A stretch of DNA of 64,000 bases from Ptychomitrium polyphyllum (GCA_973851085.1 OZ316775.1:10974001-11038000); one strand, 5' to 3'; positions 13,901 through 29,129 are shown, counted from the first letter of the stretch. Notes: a model not told the origin generated them from the letters alone. Program-made: numbers and translations.

Positions 13901-15505
13901 AGGAAGGCAGTTGGAAAACAATGTCGATGACCGTAAATTCTGAACGCGAGGATTATGAAGTAGTGCTCACCTGCAGAGCGAGCTGAAACCGTCCGTAGTA
14001 TCGGTAATCGTATTTGGACTCGATGATGTTGATCCTAGTGTCGTTGTACGCTTGCACGATCGAGCGCAGAGTGTCGACCTCAGGGCTGCCGAATGCCACC
14101 ACCCATACCTCGTGGAAGGGAAGCGTCTGCTCCAGAAGCGCGTCCAGCTGCGCACACAGCGTCTTCCGCTGGAAATGGTTCAAAATCACAGTCACCTTCG
14201 CATCGTCGCCCTCAGATGGCATGCGCATGAGCTCCTCGAGCGTCTCGCACCCCCGCTTCTGTTGCTGAAATTCCATCACCTCTCTGAAATTTCACCACCA
14301 TTTTGCACGACCATGTTACAATGATTTCTCTCGAATTGCTGTAGTAGTGACCACGTTCGAAGACGCGCCACATGGCATTTTCCACACCCAACAGACGTGA
14401 AGTGCAGAATATATTTCACCCCGGAGGAAAATCGAGAGGCAGTCCAGGACTAAAATTGCACAGATATGCAGGAGACATAGATCCAGAGTTCCCAACACAG
14501 ATTCAATATTCCTTCGAATACCAGAAAAAGCGGCCTCTCTTTCCCCAAATAGACTTACGCCACAGAGCGCGCCATACGAGGTGCATTTGGAAAAAACGAC
14601 CTAACACTCTTTTCACTATTTTCCGAAATAAATTAAGATTTATAACACTACGGTACCGACGTGGTAGATTCACATCTTTTCGTCACTTTCGTCATTCTCG
14701 TCACGAACACGCAAGAGTATGAGAGGAAAGCGAACAGAAGTACAACTTGGCACTTGTGTTGTCGTCCTTCCAAATCATGGACCATCATCGAACAAGTTTA
14801 CCCTGTCACACCATTTTTGTGCAGCATGATCCTGCAGCACTGCTGTAGTAGTGTAGTGGAGCATCTAGCCAGATACTCCAGATACTCCATTGTACACAAA
14901 GTTAGAGAAAAAGTTTATCGTGGTGCAGGTCATTCAGTAGACTGAAGAATGTTACGTCACCGCGTACGCGCAGTCACCAACTAAATTAATCTTCACCCGT
15001 TTAACATTTTGAACAGAAAGTGGTTGAAAAATGCAACAAATTACCTGAACAGTCCAGTTTTTATTTCGATCATCTTTGTATTGTTTGACTTCTTCTGAGG
15101 GAACGCAATCTCTTCGAACACACAGACCGCACTCTTCGGCTCGCCTTGCACGGCGAGGGCAGTGGTGGATTCGATCATCACACGGTTGGGCACCTGAGAG
15201 TTGTAGGAAGTGGGGAAGATTTTCCCAATCTTGGAAATCTGGTTAGCCCAGTTGGCACTCTCGGGTTCGACGTGCAGATCGGGCACGGCGGGGCTGAGCC
15301 AATAGAGCAGGAATGTGGCGTACATGGCAAAGCTGAACTGCAATACCGTGAGCACACACGCCACTCGCATTGTGCTGTTGGTCTTCCACGACCTCATGGC
15401 GTTCAGGCTCGCTCGACCCGTCAACGGGATGTCAACACCATCACTAAAGACCTTTCCTTCCATGAGCGGGGACTTCATGTTTTCTACGTCGGCGCTGTGT
15501 CGCAT
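10987..15505 (-). CDS. Plant glycosyltransferase family 2-like type II membrane protein, ~937 aa, 8 coding exons
   Basis: Exons 15505-15045, 14283-13971, 13694-13342, 13211-12794, 12660-12411, 12291-11660, 11496-11317 and 11193-10987; all introns GT-AG; total 2814 nt in frame. N-terminal TM segment VACVLTVLQFSFAMYATFLLYWL; GT-A-like VTVILNHFQRKTLCAQLDALLEQT with a DDD motif; second domain with LLLEDDIEVSPYYY and LPCSWGALF. Resembles the uncharacterised plant At5g60700-type family (from memory). Confidence 0.9.
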
Positions 15506-18500
15506 AGTCGCCAAAAGAACTCTTAAAATGAGAACCTGGCACCAAAACTGTCACCTACCGTCGTTGCTAGATTGTGCTCCCTTTTACGGGTGCAGGCACT
15601 TGCATCGACAGGAACTGAATCTCCTCCATTTTTACAGAAATCCAATCAATTTACCAATGCTGGACGCTCTATGCACGTAACCCACAGGTTAGGTCCAAAA
15701 CAAAATGACCCAGGATTAGTTCAATGCCGCAACCAATAGCAATAAGAATTGCTGTTCCAAATTAGAAACGACTGGGAATGAGAGCTCAGTGCTTCCAAGC
15801 ACGAGTGTTCCAAATTTCTATACCCAATGCTACTAAGAATATCTTCTCCTATTTAAAATTGCTCACTGTAAAGGGTGATGAGCTTGCCTATAGATGCTCA
15901 CTCTGTAGCGCACTGTCGATTCCACGCCGAATCTTTTCTAACACAAAACTGGCATTCGGTTCACAACGCCGCCATATACCACTCTACTCCACATTCACCT
16001 GCATCTCATGCCACGGCCGCACTGCAAACCAACCGGCACTGTTGGATGCACCAACCCTAATGCCAATAGAATTCTGACTTCCTTCTTGAAGGCCCAGAAG
16101 TGAACTAGTACGGAATCCAGAGTGCTACCGATCTACTATCACCTAGAGTTCACTAATGGCCTGCCGTAGAGAAGCAGAATACTTAACTGCGAACTGGTAG
16201 CCAGTCAAGACCGCCTGCAGGAGCCTAGTCGCTGAACTAGCGGCAGACTACTGCAGTTAAAAAGGATATACTGCAAGGTATAAGTGACGGCACCCGAAGG
16301 GCCCAATTGAAGTACAGTTCCGCTTGGCTTGATCTAGTTAATCCTCGACAAGACGTTGCAGTGCGATGATAATGCAGTACGGCGCAAATCCGGGCCCTAT
16401 AAGGAGCAGGTCCGATCGCTCTACGATGTAGCTCCCGAGCGGGACGCCGTTCCTCTCGGCGCGCAAGGGTGAACAGTAATGGACTTCTTCCGACTTGCAG
16501 CAGCTCACGTCTTTGCTGAGGCTCCCTGACCTGTGGTGGGGACGCAGGGCCACAAATGTTTCTTTCGGGCAAGTTTCCAAGGTTGGGCACCCTGCTACTT
16601 CCCTTTTCCACTACCACATAACATCATCGTTCTAATCTGAATATGCCATTTTTCCTCTAAAAGAAACTACCTTTGTGTCACAAGCTTCCAGGATGGGGTT
16701 ATTCACATGCGCTCACCTGACCCGCGTAACGGAGGATTGGGATTCTTAGGGATTCTTGTCGAAATCTCTCGGCATACTTTGCAATCGACAACACACTCCT
16801 TGTGGGAATCTTCTTAGTCTCTAAGCTTACGTTCCCTTTGGAGCACCTATTGCAGAGCTGCTAATGTGGTATCTTTATTGCCTTTGGTTTCTTTTCTTCA
16901 ACGAGTTCCTCCCTTCGCTCTAAATTTTTTTTAAAGAAAAACCACAGAGCTCACACGTGATGTGGTGAGAATGTTGGCAGAATTTCGTACCAATTTCGTC
17001 CAGACTAGGTCGCTTTAGAAGCTCATTCAAAGTTCATTCAAAGGTCAAAAAATGGTATGTTAAGTTGCCTTCGTTGGGAATTCAGTGGGACGGGGCACAG
17101 ATTAATCCCAAAACTGGCCTTTTTTGTGAGATGGATGCAAAATAGAAAATTCACAGGCCTACAGACACGGCGTGATTCTTTCTGAGCTTTCCTCATGGGA
17201 GGTGCGCCCTCAACAGTTCTGAGAATTCATTAGTGTGAAATAGTTCCTCCAAAGTCAATTTTTATATACAATTCAATCAAGTGTAGTTTCTTTAACTACT
17301 GTTTTCTCGAATCTCGTCCTGAAAAGCCGGCTGTTTCTTGCACCTCTCTCTTCTCTGCAGGAATTGTAGAGCATGCATAAACCAATGGTAGGTGGATTAG
17401 CACTATTGAATCCATGTTTCATTATTTGTAAGTGGCAAGCGGGTGAACTATTATTTATAGACTTTTAAAAATGCCAGTAAATGTATGATGTTTCTCTCTC
17501 TTTTATTTTTAAAAATTTAAAATCTTTTTTCCCTTCTTTCTTTCTTTTTCTTTTTCCAATCAAATGAAATGCCATTCATTACTCTTTTCTTTCTTTTGAC
17601 ACAATATGAATTGAAACTTGTCTTAATTGCATAGTAGGCTTTTCTTATGCACTTGAAAAATTTAAGAAAATAAGTTACTCAAGCATTATTTTAAAAAGGT
17701 TGTTAGATTTACTTTACAAATGATACAAATTATAATGATTTTGTATTAACAAACAAGTTCATTTCATATCATGTATTATTTAATAATTTTCACTAATTAT
17801 TTTCTTAAATAAGTTACAATAGAATCACTAATACACTTATTTTGAACATTATTTTCCTAAAAAATAAAAGAAACTAAACTTTTAGCTTAAAATAAGGATA
17901 TCTTAGGCAAACAATAATTTACATGTAAAGATGAAAAGATATTAAAAAGATTTTAGTGAAAAAAGAATTCCTATGAACAAACTCTTAGATTGTTATTCCA
18001 AGTGTACTTCTAAAATGGGCAAACAAAAAAAGGTATAAAACCTTATGAGAATATTTGAAGTTTTTAACCAATCATATTACTAGAGTCTTCTAGATATGGC
18101 CAAAAACTTTCTTCCTTAAGGCGTCCATAACGCTAATAAAAGTTAAGGGAAGAAGAGCTTTTGAAAACTTTTAGGTTTCAAGTTGTTGGTATTAAAACAG
18201 TTTTGCTAGATTTAGTGTTGCTAATCCAGCCAGTATTGTAATGTGCTGCTGTAATTTCTACCGCATGTCTGATACTCCGAATTTGACAATAAACGTGTGG
18301 TGGTGCCTGGTCATTGATTGCTAATCTTCACCAAAGTCTGAGTCAAAATCGTATAGTGTTTTTTTTTTAATCAAAGCCTCATCCTGTGCGGAACAGTTAC
18401 ATATGAGTTCTTTAAACGATAGTTCCAGCATACTGTATCCCAGAATGTTATTATTCAAAAATAACTTCTTTTTCAATAATGAAAAACAATGAAATGGGTG

Positions 18501-21500
18501 GATATTGCCTTTCAACAATGCCAGCAAGAATAACAAATCGAATGTAGTACTCCCAACCCTCTCTTGTTGTCAAATATTTTCGTGTTGCCGGCACGGATTT
18601 AGAGGAATAGTTACACTTTAACACGGTTGCCCTTTCAAGGATAGTTACCTCATATAGCACAGAATGTTTAATTCATGAATTAGTTATTTTCAGTGAAGTA
18701 GCCAATATTACAACGAAGCGACTTATTTAGAAATATGTTAAATTGTTTATTTTTATTTTGTGATACAGACATCACTCCATTATATGGTAAATAAATTGTA
18801 GATTGTAATCCGAAAGAAAAAGGAAAATATAATAACTGCTATAACTATATTAGTCCATAACGTAAATTTTGCACATGTCAAGAAATGCAATTTAAAAATA
18901 TATTTTAGTAATTCCTACGACCCTCAGCTTAGAGCATGGCAAACGTGGCGTACAGTTGTATTGAAATGTAACAAAATCATAACAAATACAAGCACACATG
19001 AGCTACTAGGAAACATGGCCTATTTGTTTGTAGCATGATGAGGATTACTGATTACATGGCCTATTTGATCAACTAAGGATCTTGCTTAGCTCGGAAGTTG
19101 TAAACTTCTCGGATCCAACTAAAGATAAAGTTTTAAAACTAAAACTAAAAATATAAATATAAACATATAATATAAGAGAACCGAGATAAACTACATCACT
19201 GGTGTGAAAATTAAAAATAGCAATAAAATAAAATAAAAAATGAAAACATCACTAGGAATCCTAGTTCAAACTCACGAGAGGCTCACGATTGGAATAGTCG
19301 TACCACGATGCAAACCCCGAATCCACATCTGCAGAAGGAACTCTTCAACCCCCAAAATACAGTTCATCATCAAGAGACTGGGTACAGCATAAAGAACTCT
19401 CCCGCTAGAGCACACCATTGCAGTCACGCTTCGCCTCCTCTTTTGCGTCCTACACTGTACCAGTTTATAATGAGCTCATGAAAGAGACGGTCGGCTTCGA
19501 GAAAAAAAATAAAAATTCTTTCTCCAGATCTGAAAAATACTTGGTCGGTTGAGAATCCATTTCCTAAGTGGCAGGTTAGCTCTCGAGTACCAGCTGTCAT
19601 ACATTCTCGATCCCTGCATTTCAGTGATGGACTTCAGATGTGCGGGAGACTGCTCGACAAGTAGGAGGCGCTCTAGCAAGCACGAAATGAAAGCAAGGTC
19701 CACTTGGCAACTGCAGGAGACTCTCTCGCACGTTCGCTTGGGAAAAAGGCCCACTAGATGGCTCTCCAACGCGAAAACCACTAGTCTCATCCTAAAACCA
19801 AGTACGGTATGTCCGGAGGTGGCTGAAGCTTCGGCACCCAGGTCCGTCGTTTCTCTCCAGCCTTGGCTTTGAACTAAGCTATTGTCCTTCCATGGATCGC
19901 ATGCAATCGAATCATCGACACTGCATTCTCGACAACTGGATTACAAAGCAGTGGCTTCTGAGGTAGACCGAAGACAGGGCAACCGTCACTCCCACCCGCA
20001 ACTGGGATTGGTTGCCTAAGTATCCGTACCTCTCTTTGCTTGCTTGGAGCCTTGAAAGCCTGCTGGGTCGACCATAGCCAATGTGATGATTTCCATGCTA
20101 TGGTGACAAGGGAGTGTGTGTCTTTTGCCTAAAGTTCTTGTGAGGGCTTTATTGGTGACGGTTGAAGCCAGTGCCGCTTCGATGCATTGACAGACTGATT
20201 TAGCTGCGAATTCTTTTGATCAAGCCGGAAATGGAACTCGAGCAAAGGCATTGTCTGCTTTGTTCCGAAGCAATGCCATGTCATATTGTACTGTCTGTAA
20301 TTATGTTAGTGGGGTAGCATGGCTCTTATTGTACTTCAAAGCGTACCACCGTGGCGCTTTTAGATCTCTAACTTTTGAGGCTCCATGGTTGTGTATATGG
20401 ATTTTTTATATGTATGTAATCCATTGATTTGAAATTAAGGATTAGTGCATCAAATGCTTGCTTCTAAAAAAACATTTTGCATTACACCCTTAATTAACTT
20501 ATTTTATGAATTTGTTGGAATTATTGGCTTGTAAATAATTAACATTAAATGATAATTGTAAATCAAAATTTTGGATTGATTAAAAGCCAATAAACCTTTG
20601 AGCCATCCATAAATTTATGAGATTTTTTGAATTACTACTATTTAACCTATCAATACTTCCTAACTTCAAAAAATCCAATCCACCTTAAATCCTAAACCTT
20701 CACAAATACGAAACCACATCAATGGCCATTACGAATGCCGAAGCCTCCTGAGAATCAATGTAAATGCTCATACCATGCATATGGCCTTAGACCTAAACCC
20801 TAAACCATACTACGCACTGCAATCAATGCGCTCCCAAAGAGAGTTGGGAACTTGGGAGAAGTTCCCATCCCAGCGGGCAGCGTTCCAAAAGTCCAAGCGG
20901 GCAGCCCCGAGCTTCATTGGAGTTCATGCGAAACCCATGCAACATGTGATGAGATCTAATGCGAGGCGTGCGGTTAATACCAACTTTGAACGCACTTCGG
21001 AGGGAGGACACCAAGAATGTAGGAATCGGTGCACACTAACAATCGCTTTCAGTAGGGTTTGCACTTCTAGGAAGTTGCAACACTACCTGGATAGATTGTT
21101 GTAAACCCTATTTGCACTTGTGGCCTTCAAGTTTTCAGTAGGGGCTGCTTGTGTTGTAGCATAAACAGTTGGCTCTGAAAGGAGCTCTGGTGGTAGGTGA
21201 GCTAGGTTGCACGTGACCGGGGTCAACGCAAGAGAATAATAAGATTCTCCCTTGGTTGTGGAGGATTACCCTCGATAACCAGGATTTATTGAGGTCAACA
21301 ATCACAGGTTGCGGGATCCCATGTGCGTTCGCTTTCTGTGTTCATGTCCCAGCCAGCTAAGTGACCGATTTGTTTTTAAGTTGTTTAATGAAGCAACTAA
21401 GGAGGATCCTTTTACTACGAGCTACCGTGGTAGAAAACTTCCCGGTCAGTGCAAGAAGAATGACTGCTTCATTGTATCGGACTCCTGCTGTGTCACTTGT

Positions 21501-23439
21501 TCTGAACATGTTTTGAAACATTTTTTAAGCTAGATGACCCTGTACAGGATGTATTCTACTTCGTTTAAAGTTTTAAACTTTCCGGACAGTACTAGAGAAG
21601 ACTATGCTCTATTACAGTAGGACAGATCTGCTAAAGGATGTTGTGGACGTGCCCAATCTTGTGAGTACATGCCCGTCGGATATATCTTAAATCGAATAGC
21701 ATGCTGGAGTTGATGATAAAAAGTGTTAAAGAATCGAATATCCGAACATTCGAATAATTAGAGCAGGACATTTCAAACCAGACTGAGATGTTCAGGATAA
21801 CTGAGAATTGTGAAATTCTATTAAGCTCGTTCAAACTGATAGTAAGTCTGGAACAGGCCTCTCTTGAATCGATAATGAATTAAAAGGTGCCGGGAGTTCT
21901 ACATTGATATTCGTAGTTACAACGTAGTCTATTGAAGGCCTGCATAATGAACTAGTACTCGACATTTTGCAATTACATATTAACAAATTGTCAAGTACAA
22001 GCTGCACTGAAATTGCTTATCAAGGTCACAATCGCTTCACAGCATGCGCCCCGCCCACAAATCATCGACGTTAAGCACTCTAGAAAAGACACAGTCACCC
22101 GGCATCCTGGCAACAGTGAATGAGGAAATGAGTAGGCGAGCTTTCATCTGCAGATGCAACCACCCGGTGCAAAAAATTCACGATGATATACTTTTCAGAC
22201 GGTAGACTCGATTTCGAACAAATGGGAAAGTAAGGCAGCTGCACCATAAACGCCATATTCCTTAGGTTGGTCAATCTCCGTTGACTTGACCGCTAAACAT
22301 TGTGCAGGTTTGGCAACTTAACATTCTGAATTGGCCATTTTACGAATAAGACATTCACAGTATAAAGTGCTTCAATCACTTTTGATCGGATGTTGCATTT
22401 GCAACTAAAGCTTGTGGTGAACTACATAATATGCTGGAATCGCATGCATGCCTTGTGTAAAAAAGGCAAGAAGAATAGTTTCACGCAATCGAATCAGAAA
22501 GTTACACCATCTTTGGCAAGGAAATTTTTCAACATGTTTATCTACTTCCAGAGAAAAAAAGTAAGAATTTCAAAGCATTTGCGTATGAAATCCATGACTC
22601 TAAAAGCTGTGAATTTCTCTGCACGTTTATCTCATTATGGAACACTATACTGCAACCTACCATTAGGAAGTAAACTGATTGTACACATGAGCTCAGTGAA
22701 CATCGTTACAAAATTTCAAAACTAGAAAATCCTCAGTCATTTCGTCATGGTTCATGAACAATGAAAAACGATTCAGTGAACGTGTTGGAGCCCCTTACAT
22801 TCTTGATTTTTATATGATTCAAAAATATTTGTTTTTTGGTTTGACAGGACCTCTCGCTTTTCAAAGTGCTGAAGAGGTGCTAGCGTAAAAAATTAACAGA
22901 TGTTCCACGCCAAAAGTATTGACTTTCAAGTTCGCAGCAGATATGGTTGGAAATAAGGGTAAGTATTAAGGATTCAAACCCAGATTCATGCTCTCAGTCG
23001 TTCTGCTCACAGATCCACGATATGAGGCGAAGTGCTCAACTATTCTTGCCCAGGAACAGGGTTCACGCAGCCTGTATTTTAGGTTGTAAACTAGCGTCTG
23101 TGAAGCAGCTCCAGGCTCAGAGCGGGTTCACATTTGATCAATCTTAGCTTGTCGGATTTTCTTTTCTCAAAACCTCCTGACCAGGGTCTGAGGCGATGCA
23201 ATTGTACCTTTCAGAGAAAAAAAGGCAAGAATAAAAATTGTATCTGAAGTACAGTACTGGTATTCTGCAATAGATCCAATCTACTATCAACAAGGAAAAG
23301 TTTGAAAACTAAAAGTAATGAATATTCAAATTTGTACATTTGTAACTTTGGTAGAATACTACACATCTGCTTGTTCTGCAGAATGCTTATATTATTTTGT
23401 GTTTGACACAAGTAGATAATATTGTTCTCCGAGAAGGAA

Positions 23440-23990
23440 ATGATCAATAGCCATGCCGCAAGGGACTTGTCAACGGTTTTCAGGATTTTTTGAGTAAGGC
23501 ACCTAAATGACCAAACCGAGAACCAGACGTTGCAAGTTCCATGGCATGCTGTCCAGTTCCCGAGTACCAAAGTAAGTGATAAGCACCAGAAGCTATCAAC
23601 TTTACTTAGAATTTGAGGGCTACGGAGCGGGTAAAGTTTCGATTCACTAAGGACTTTCTGATGAGCCACACGACCATGGTCAAGCAGACAGTCCGAGAGG
23701 CCTGTCTAGAAGTGTTGTTGTTGAAGACTCGATCGTTCCGAGAGGTCCAACACAGCCAGAGGGCCGAGCATCGTCTGCAGAATCGTTGTGCGGGTGAAGT
23801 ATTCCACAACACTGCATCTCACATAAATCTAACGAACATCACTAGACTAGAATTTCTCTCCCTCATCTTCTCACTTACAAATGAGCAGCTTGTTTGTCAG
23901 TTTCAGCCTGTCTTCAAGTTCTCTTCCTCATCCATGCTTTCTCAACTTTGGTTTATTTCACAAAGTTTGAGAAGGTTGGAAAGTGTGTAG
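23440..23990 (-). mobile_element. Degenerate LINE (L1-like) ORF2 C-terminal relic
   Basis: Minus-strand frame contains LWLCWTSRNDRVFN, matching the W-x-x-W-x-x-R-N-x-x-x-F motif downstream of the zf-RVT region in plant LINEs. Flanking frames are broken by stops. Boundaries are approximate. Confidence 0.4.
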
Positions 23991-26525
23991 GGCAATTGCT
24001 GTGTCTATTTCCGGTTCCATATTCCACCATAATTGTAATTGTATTTTATTAATCACCACAAAAGAGAGCATGAATGGTTGCATTGATTTATTTGTGCCTC
24101 TATAAGTAGGACCTTTGAATTTGGAAGTGGAAACCCCAAAGGGAGAGTGGAAAGAATCCTTATTGGTCAAAAATCTAAGGCCTATATCTCATTCATTCTC
24201 ATATTTTCTAGCTATTTTGGTTTTCATTCTCACATTTGATTTGGCATAGCTTTGAGTTAGTTTTGGATAATGTAAAATAAACATTAGGTCTATTTTATAA
24301 ATAGCTTTGTTCAATGCTTCAAAATACTTCACCTTTGTCATGGTGGTTTTTAATACAGCTTCCTTCAAACCAACCACACTTTTTATTAATTTCATACTAT
24401 ATTTTTGTTGGCTATATGATATTGTATATGTTACGACAAGTATGCCAAAATGTGTTATACTTGTTTGAATACGTAAGTACTACAATTTAAATTTTGAACA
24501 TATTGCATGCTTGAACTAAAAAAGTGGCCAAAATTGAACTATGTTCAATCAAAATCCACTTATTCAAAGTGCTTGTTGAGTCATAAAAGAATTTGGTAAA
24601 TTTTTAATAACTGCCAAAATATTATTTAAAAAATAAAGAGAAGTCCAAAAAAAATTTAATTTAGCAAAATTAGAAGTATATATAGGGTAGAAAAAATGGG
24701 AAAAATTTTAATTTATTGTTATTAATAGGATATGGAATGATTCCAAAAGTTGATGATTATTCCATTCTAAATATTAATTTATTATAATGAAATATTAAAT
24801 ATATAAAGTAGTATTCTTACTTGGAAAAATTGACATTCCACCAACATTTCTCATGTTAATGATATTAAATAACTCAAAATTTTTATGCTAATTTAAACTT
24901 TTGTTGAGAATGTGTCCAACTTCTTATTTCAATTAAAAAAATCATCCTTGATAATACAAACCAAGTGCAAATAACTTTTATTAAGCCTAGTCTTTTAGAA
25001 AGAAACTAAGTAGCATGTTGTTAATGCTACAATCAATAATTATAAAACTAATTCTACCTTAATGCTCAATGTTGATCTTAGATTTTACAACACCTTATGC
25101 TTTTATTGATATCTTTTTAAAATTCTATAGAAGTCAAACTATAGATGTCTTTTTTAAGTTTATGCATATTTGGAAAAGCTCAAGGTCCTCAATAGTTTGG
25201 TTGAAATTAATAATAACTTTAAGAACTTAACCTTTTCAAATAATTTACAACAAATTCAATGATAGATTCATAGACACAGATTAGAATAAAATGAGCTTCA
25301 CATATGAAGTGTCAATCTACTTTGTCCATCATTACCAATGTTGTTTTTTCATTTATTTATTTTGGCCTTTTAATCACAATTGAAACATTTTAATTTGTAA
25401 CATATCCAAAAATTGGTTTATAGATAATTTTTATGAAATATAACACATTTTTCCAATGAATGCATAAACTCATTTATTTTCATCCAATTTTAGAATAATG
25501 TGATAAGAATTGGTTATGAAAGTATAAAAAACCAGATTATTTATATGAAGGCTGTTATTACATTCTAAAACAAGTGTTAGAGTAGCCTTTTGATTAGGAA
25601 CATGTACCTAAATTTATTTTTAATGGAATAATAACTTATTGAATCAGAACATAAAAGAGCTTATATGTGACCATCAATGTGAAGCAAGTGCATGTCTCAC
25701 ATTAAAGGAATGAAATAAGAAAGAAATCATTCTGCATTAACAGCAACTTTGTACAAGAGCCAAAACCACCCTTGCATTGGTTCAAGAATATTATGCTGCT
25801 GCATTATATTTCTTGGTGCAGGCTGGTTCCATTTAGCAAAAACTATTGCTTATATAAAACACCACTACTTATCACCCAATGAAATACACATTGGACCTGC
25901 AGTACTACCATGGTTGCAAGAAAAAAAGAAAAGAAGACAAGAAACGAAAAGGAGAAAAAAAGAAAAAGAAAAAGAACTAAAATTATGGAATGAAAGAAAA
26001 CACCAAAAACATACAAAAAGCTCGGAAAATGAAAATGACATGGAAATAGTCCCAGAAGGCAACTCAACTAGTGGCATCCACAAAAGATGATATTTGTGTA
26101 GCCTAATGATATGACCACCCACATGGAAACTTGCCAGTAGAGCCAAGTCACCTGGAGCACTGCTCCATGCTTAAGCCCAGGCTGACTCACTGAAAGCAAA
26201 GGAGTGCTTTCCAATCGTCCAATAAGCCACCCTCAGAGTCCAAAGCCTTCTAATTCTGGTCCCTTCTCGGTCCCTCGGCCGCCGTCTACTCAGCAAATCA
26301 GACGTGACTTAGCCGCTCACAGACGCCGAGTGCCGCAGCCGCCTTCCAGTCTGAGCGACAGGCAGCATTTATATCGCAGGGCCCCATCTTGCAGATCGAG
26401 CGGTGTTTTCTACACTCGATTGTGTACTTGTCGCACGAATTATCAGCTCGGTGCGCCTTGGAGCAGCTCTTTGGTTCTGGCAGAGAGAGAAAGTTCTGTG
26501 TTTTGATTGTAGCTTTGTCGACGTC

Positions 26526-26790
26526 ATGGCGGCGAAGGTGCCATTCTCCAAGCGTTGGATCAAGCCTGAGGTATTTTGCCCCCACTTCTTTCTTGCTGTG
26601 GTTTGGTGAGTTGGTCTTTGTTTTGTTGTTAGAGTTTTGGTTTTGGTGTCAAGATGGGGGTTTTGTGATTCTTGTTTGGCGTTCGGGTCTTTTGGGGACC
26701 CTAATTAAGTAAACTATGATGACTTTTAGAGTTCAAGCTTTGATTTTCGTTTGGGAGTGGGATTTCTTTTTGGTCGTTGTTGATCTTTTG

Positions 26791-26848
<58 letters not shown>

Positions 26849-27639
26849 GATTTTCGGAGCTGCATGTTTTAGTATCTCTTTTGTTTTTGGGACTGTTTAT
26901 GAGTTGCGAGTTCAATTCTAGGTTTTTTGCTTTTTTTTCTTTTGGAAATTATGTACGGGACAGTTGACTTTCAATTTCTGTGACATGGGTGTGAGATTGT
27001 GTAGAATTTTTCCCTATTGGTATCTATGTGGGCCACCTAAATTTCTCGATTAGTATTTTCAGTCCCTCCTTTTTGAGGAGCAGTCTTTGGACAGGTATAG
27101 TAAGTCTTACTCATACTTATTCTTTCAAGGGAAGAGAAATCATATACTGTTTGACTCTGTGTTCGTTCCATGGACGAATTGGTAGACTTAGTGCGTTGTT
27201 TAGTTGATTGTTTTCAGATGATTTTGAGGGATTTTTAATGGGATGGCAATTGCAGATCTACCCGCTTTTTTTCGCTATTGGAACAGCTCTAGGCATATGT
27301 GGGTTCTGCATGGCTCGCAACCTCACTATCAACCCTGATGTCAGGTGGAAGATCGCGTTCGATTTCTTCCTTTGAATGTTTACTTATTTTGGTTCCTCTT
27401 ATTTTCCTTCTGTAGAGGTTATGCCAGTTGGAAGTAATGATAGTATAATGTTTGCTTAGTTGGGACTGAAGTCTTCATGGTTTTTCAGAATTTCAAAGGA
27501 GGACCGGGGAGCAAGTGTGCTAGAAAATTACAAAGAAGGAGAAACGTACAAGAATCACGGCCTTCGAAAGTATCTTGCGACGCAGGAGCCACAGATCATG
27601 CCCACTATCAACAATCACTTTTCAGGCGTCAAGAACTAA
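26526..27639 (+). CDS. B12D / NDUFA4 (MLRQ)-like small mitochondrial membrane protein, 94 aa, 3 exons
   Basis: Exons 26526-26570, 27256-27344 and 27489-27639 (285 nt) give MAAKVPFSKRWIKPE|IYPLFFAIGTALGICGFCMARNLTINPDVR|ISKEDRGASVLENYKEGETYKNHGLRKYLATQEPQIMPTINNHFSGVKN*. RW..PE.YPLF and NPDVR are B12D family signatures. Not listed as one ORF in the track. Confidence 0.93.
26793..26842. repeat. (GA)25 microsatellite in intron 1 of the B12D-like gene
   Basis: Perfect GA run, read directly. Confidence 0.95.
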
Positions 27640-29129
27640 GTTGGGGCAACAATGCTGAGCACTCTTGTTCAGTATTGTTCGCTTAGGAGACGTTGTAGCA
27701 GCTCAAGGGTATGATTTGAAGAATCAAGGTTAAGGTTTAACCTCGCTTAATTAACAATAATTCCCATGCAGGTTTCAAATCTGAATTGTAGATAGTGACC
27801 ATTGCAGAGGAAGTGACATTGAAGTCACGCTTCATATCTTCTAGTTGTTCTGGCCCTTAATTGTTTTATTAAAACTGGTTTATATTGGTCTTATCATAGA
27901 CGGAGCATCTCACCTTCTAAAATGCTCTTTGGTATTGAGTGCTGGATGAGCTCAAGCATTCAGGCCATTTGATTTGTTAGCTTCCTGTGGCATAATGTTA
28001 CTTACGTGAAGTCTTGTTTGGTTTATGAATTCTGGTTGCAGCAGTTATAGGGGATAATGGCCTGACTGTCTTTTGGCAGGTGTCAATATCATGCTGGTTG
28101 AACAAATTCTTTCTTTGTATACCTGCATTCAAGTTAAAACTGAGCTTGCATTGTTCATTATTCATATAAAAGACAACGACTTGATATAACAATGACAATG
28201 ACAATGTATACAGTATTACTGCGGGTGCAATATGGACTCTTTACAAGGTTACGTTACGTTATCAGACTGCATCATCATAAACAAGAGGGAACAAATGCAC
28301 TGTGAAACAATTACCTTAACTGTGAACTATACACCAAATAAGCTTCATAACGCATACCTTAGATCTCCCAAATGCCCAAGGGTCCAACCGGTTGCTAAAT
28401 TGCATTCCAAAAACTCATCCAAAAGTCTTTGTGACTTCACATGAATACGGATTCGACGAACCGTGACTTCATTCTGTGAACTGTAACTTCGAAGGCTGAC
28501 AGGTTCTCACAGAATACCTCATGACCATTTCTCTACCAAAAGCACAGTAAAAGTCATCTTGAATAGTGTGTTACAGCACAGCCACGGTTAGTAAACGTTC
28601 AAGAACAACCCACCACATCACACTCCCATGTAGCTCCCCCACCGTCACAATCCACATCCCAGATTTTCTCCCATAACCACCACCTAAAATTCCAACAAAC
28701 ACCACGGTTGCCGCCATAAACTTAAGGAGAAATGATGGCTCAAGCAAGGGGCCATCACGTAGATTTACATTATTTATTCAGAGTTTTAAAAATACCAACC
28801 TGGTGCAAATCCATCACAACGGTCATCATCATCATTATCATCCAATCCGAAAGGTGAACACTACCATAATCACGCTACAAGCAAGCCGGAGCAGCCAAAT
28901 CTCAAAAACTCCGCTCACCATAACCCTATGTACAATGCACGTCCACTACAGATACTAAAGCGCTGGTGTTTTTCTCCTTCACAACTACGAAGTCTCGCAT
29001 TCCAACTTCACGTCACTCCCAACCATCCCTAAACCCGTGGCACCACTCGTCCCCGACCCAACTTGCCATGATTCACAAATTTAACACTTTGAAACAAGGA
29101 GACTTGGGCTAAGGGTGTGGCATTGAGTT

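Noticed and set aside
18250..20330. Short ORFs as possible viral or pseudogene fragments
   Set aside because: No recognisable motif, and the frames are short and mutually inconsistent.
22945..23000. tRNA/SINE-like B-box (AGGATTCAAACCC)
   Set aside because: No cloverleaf or convincing A-box/B-box pair.
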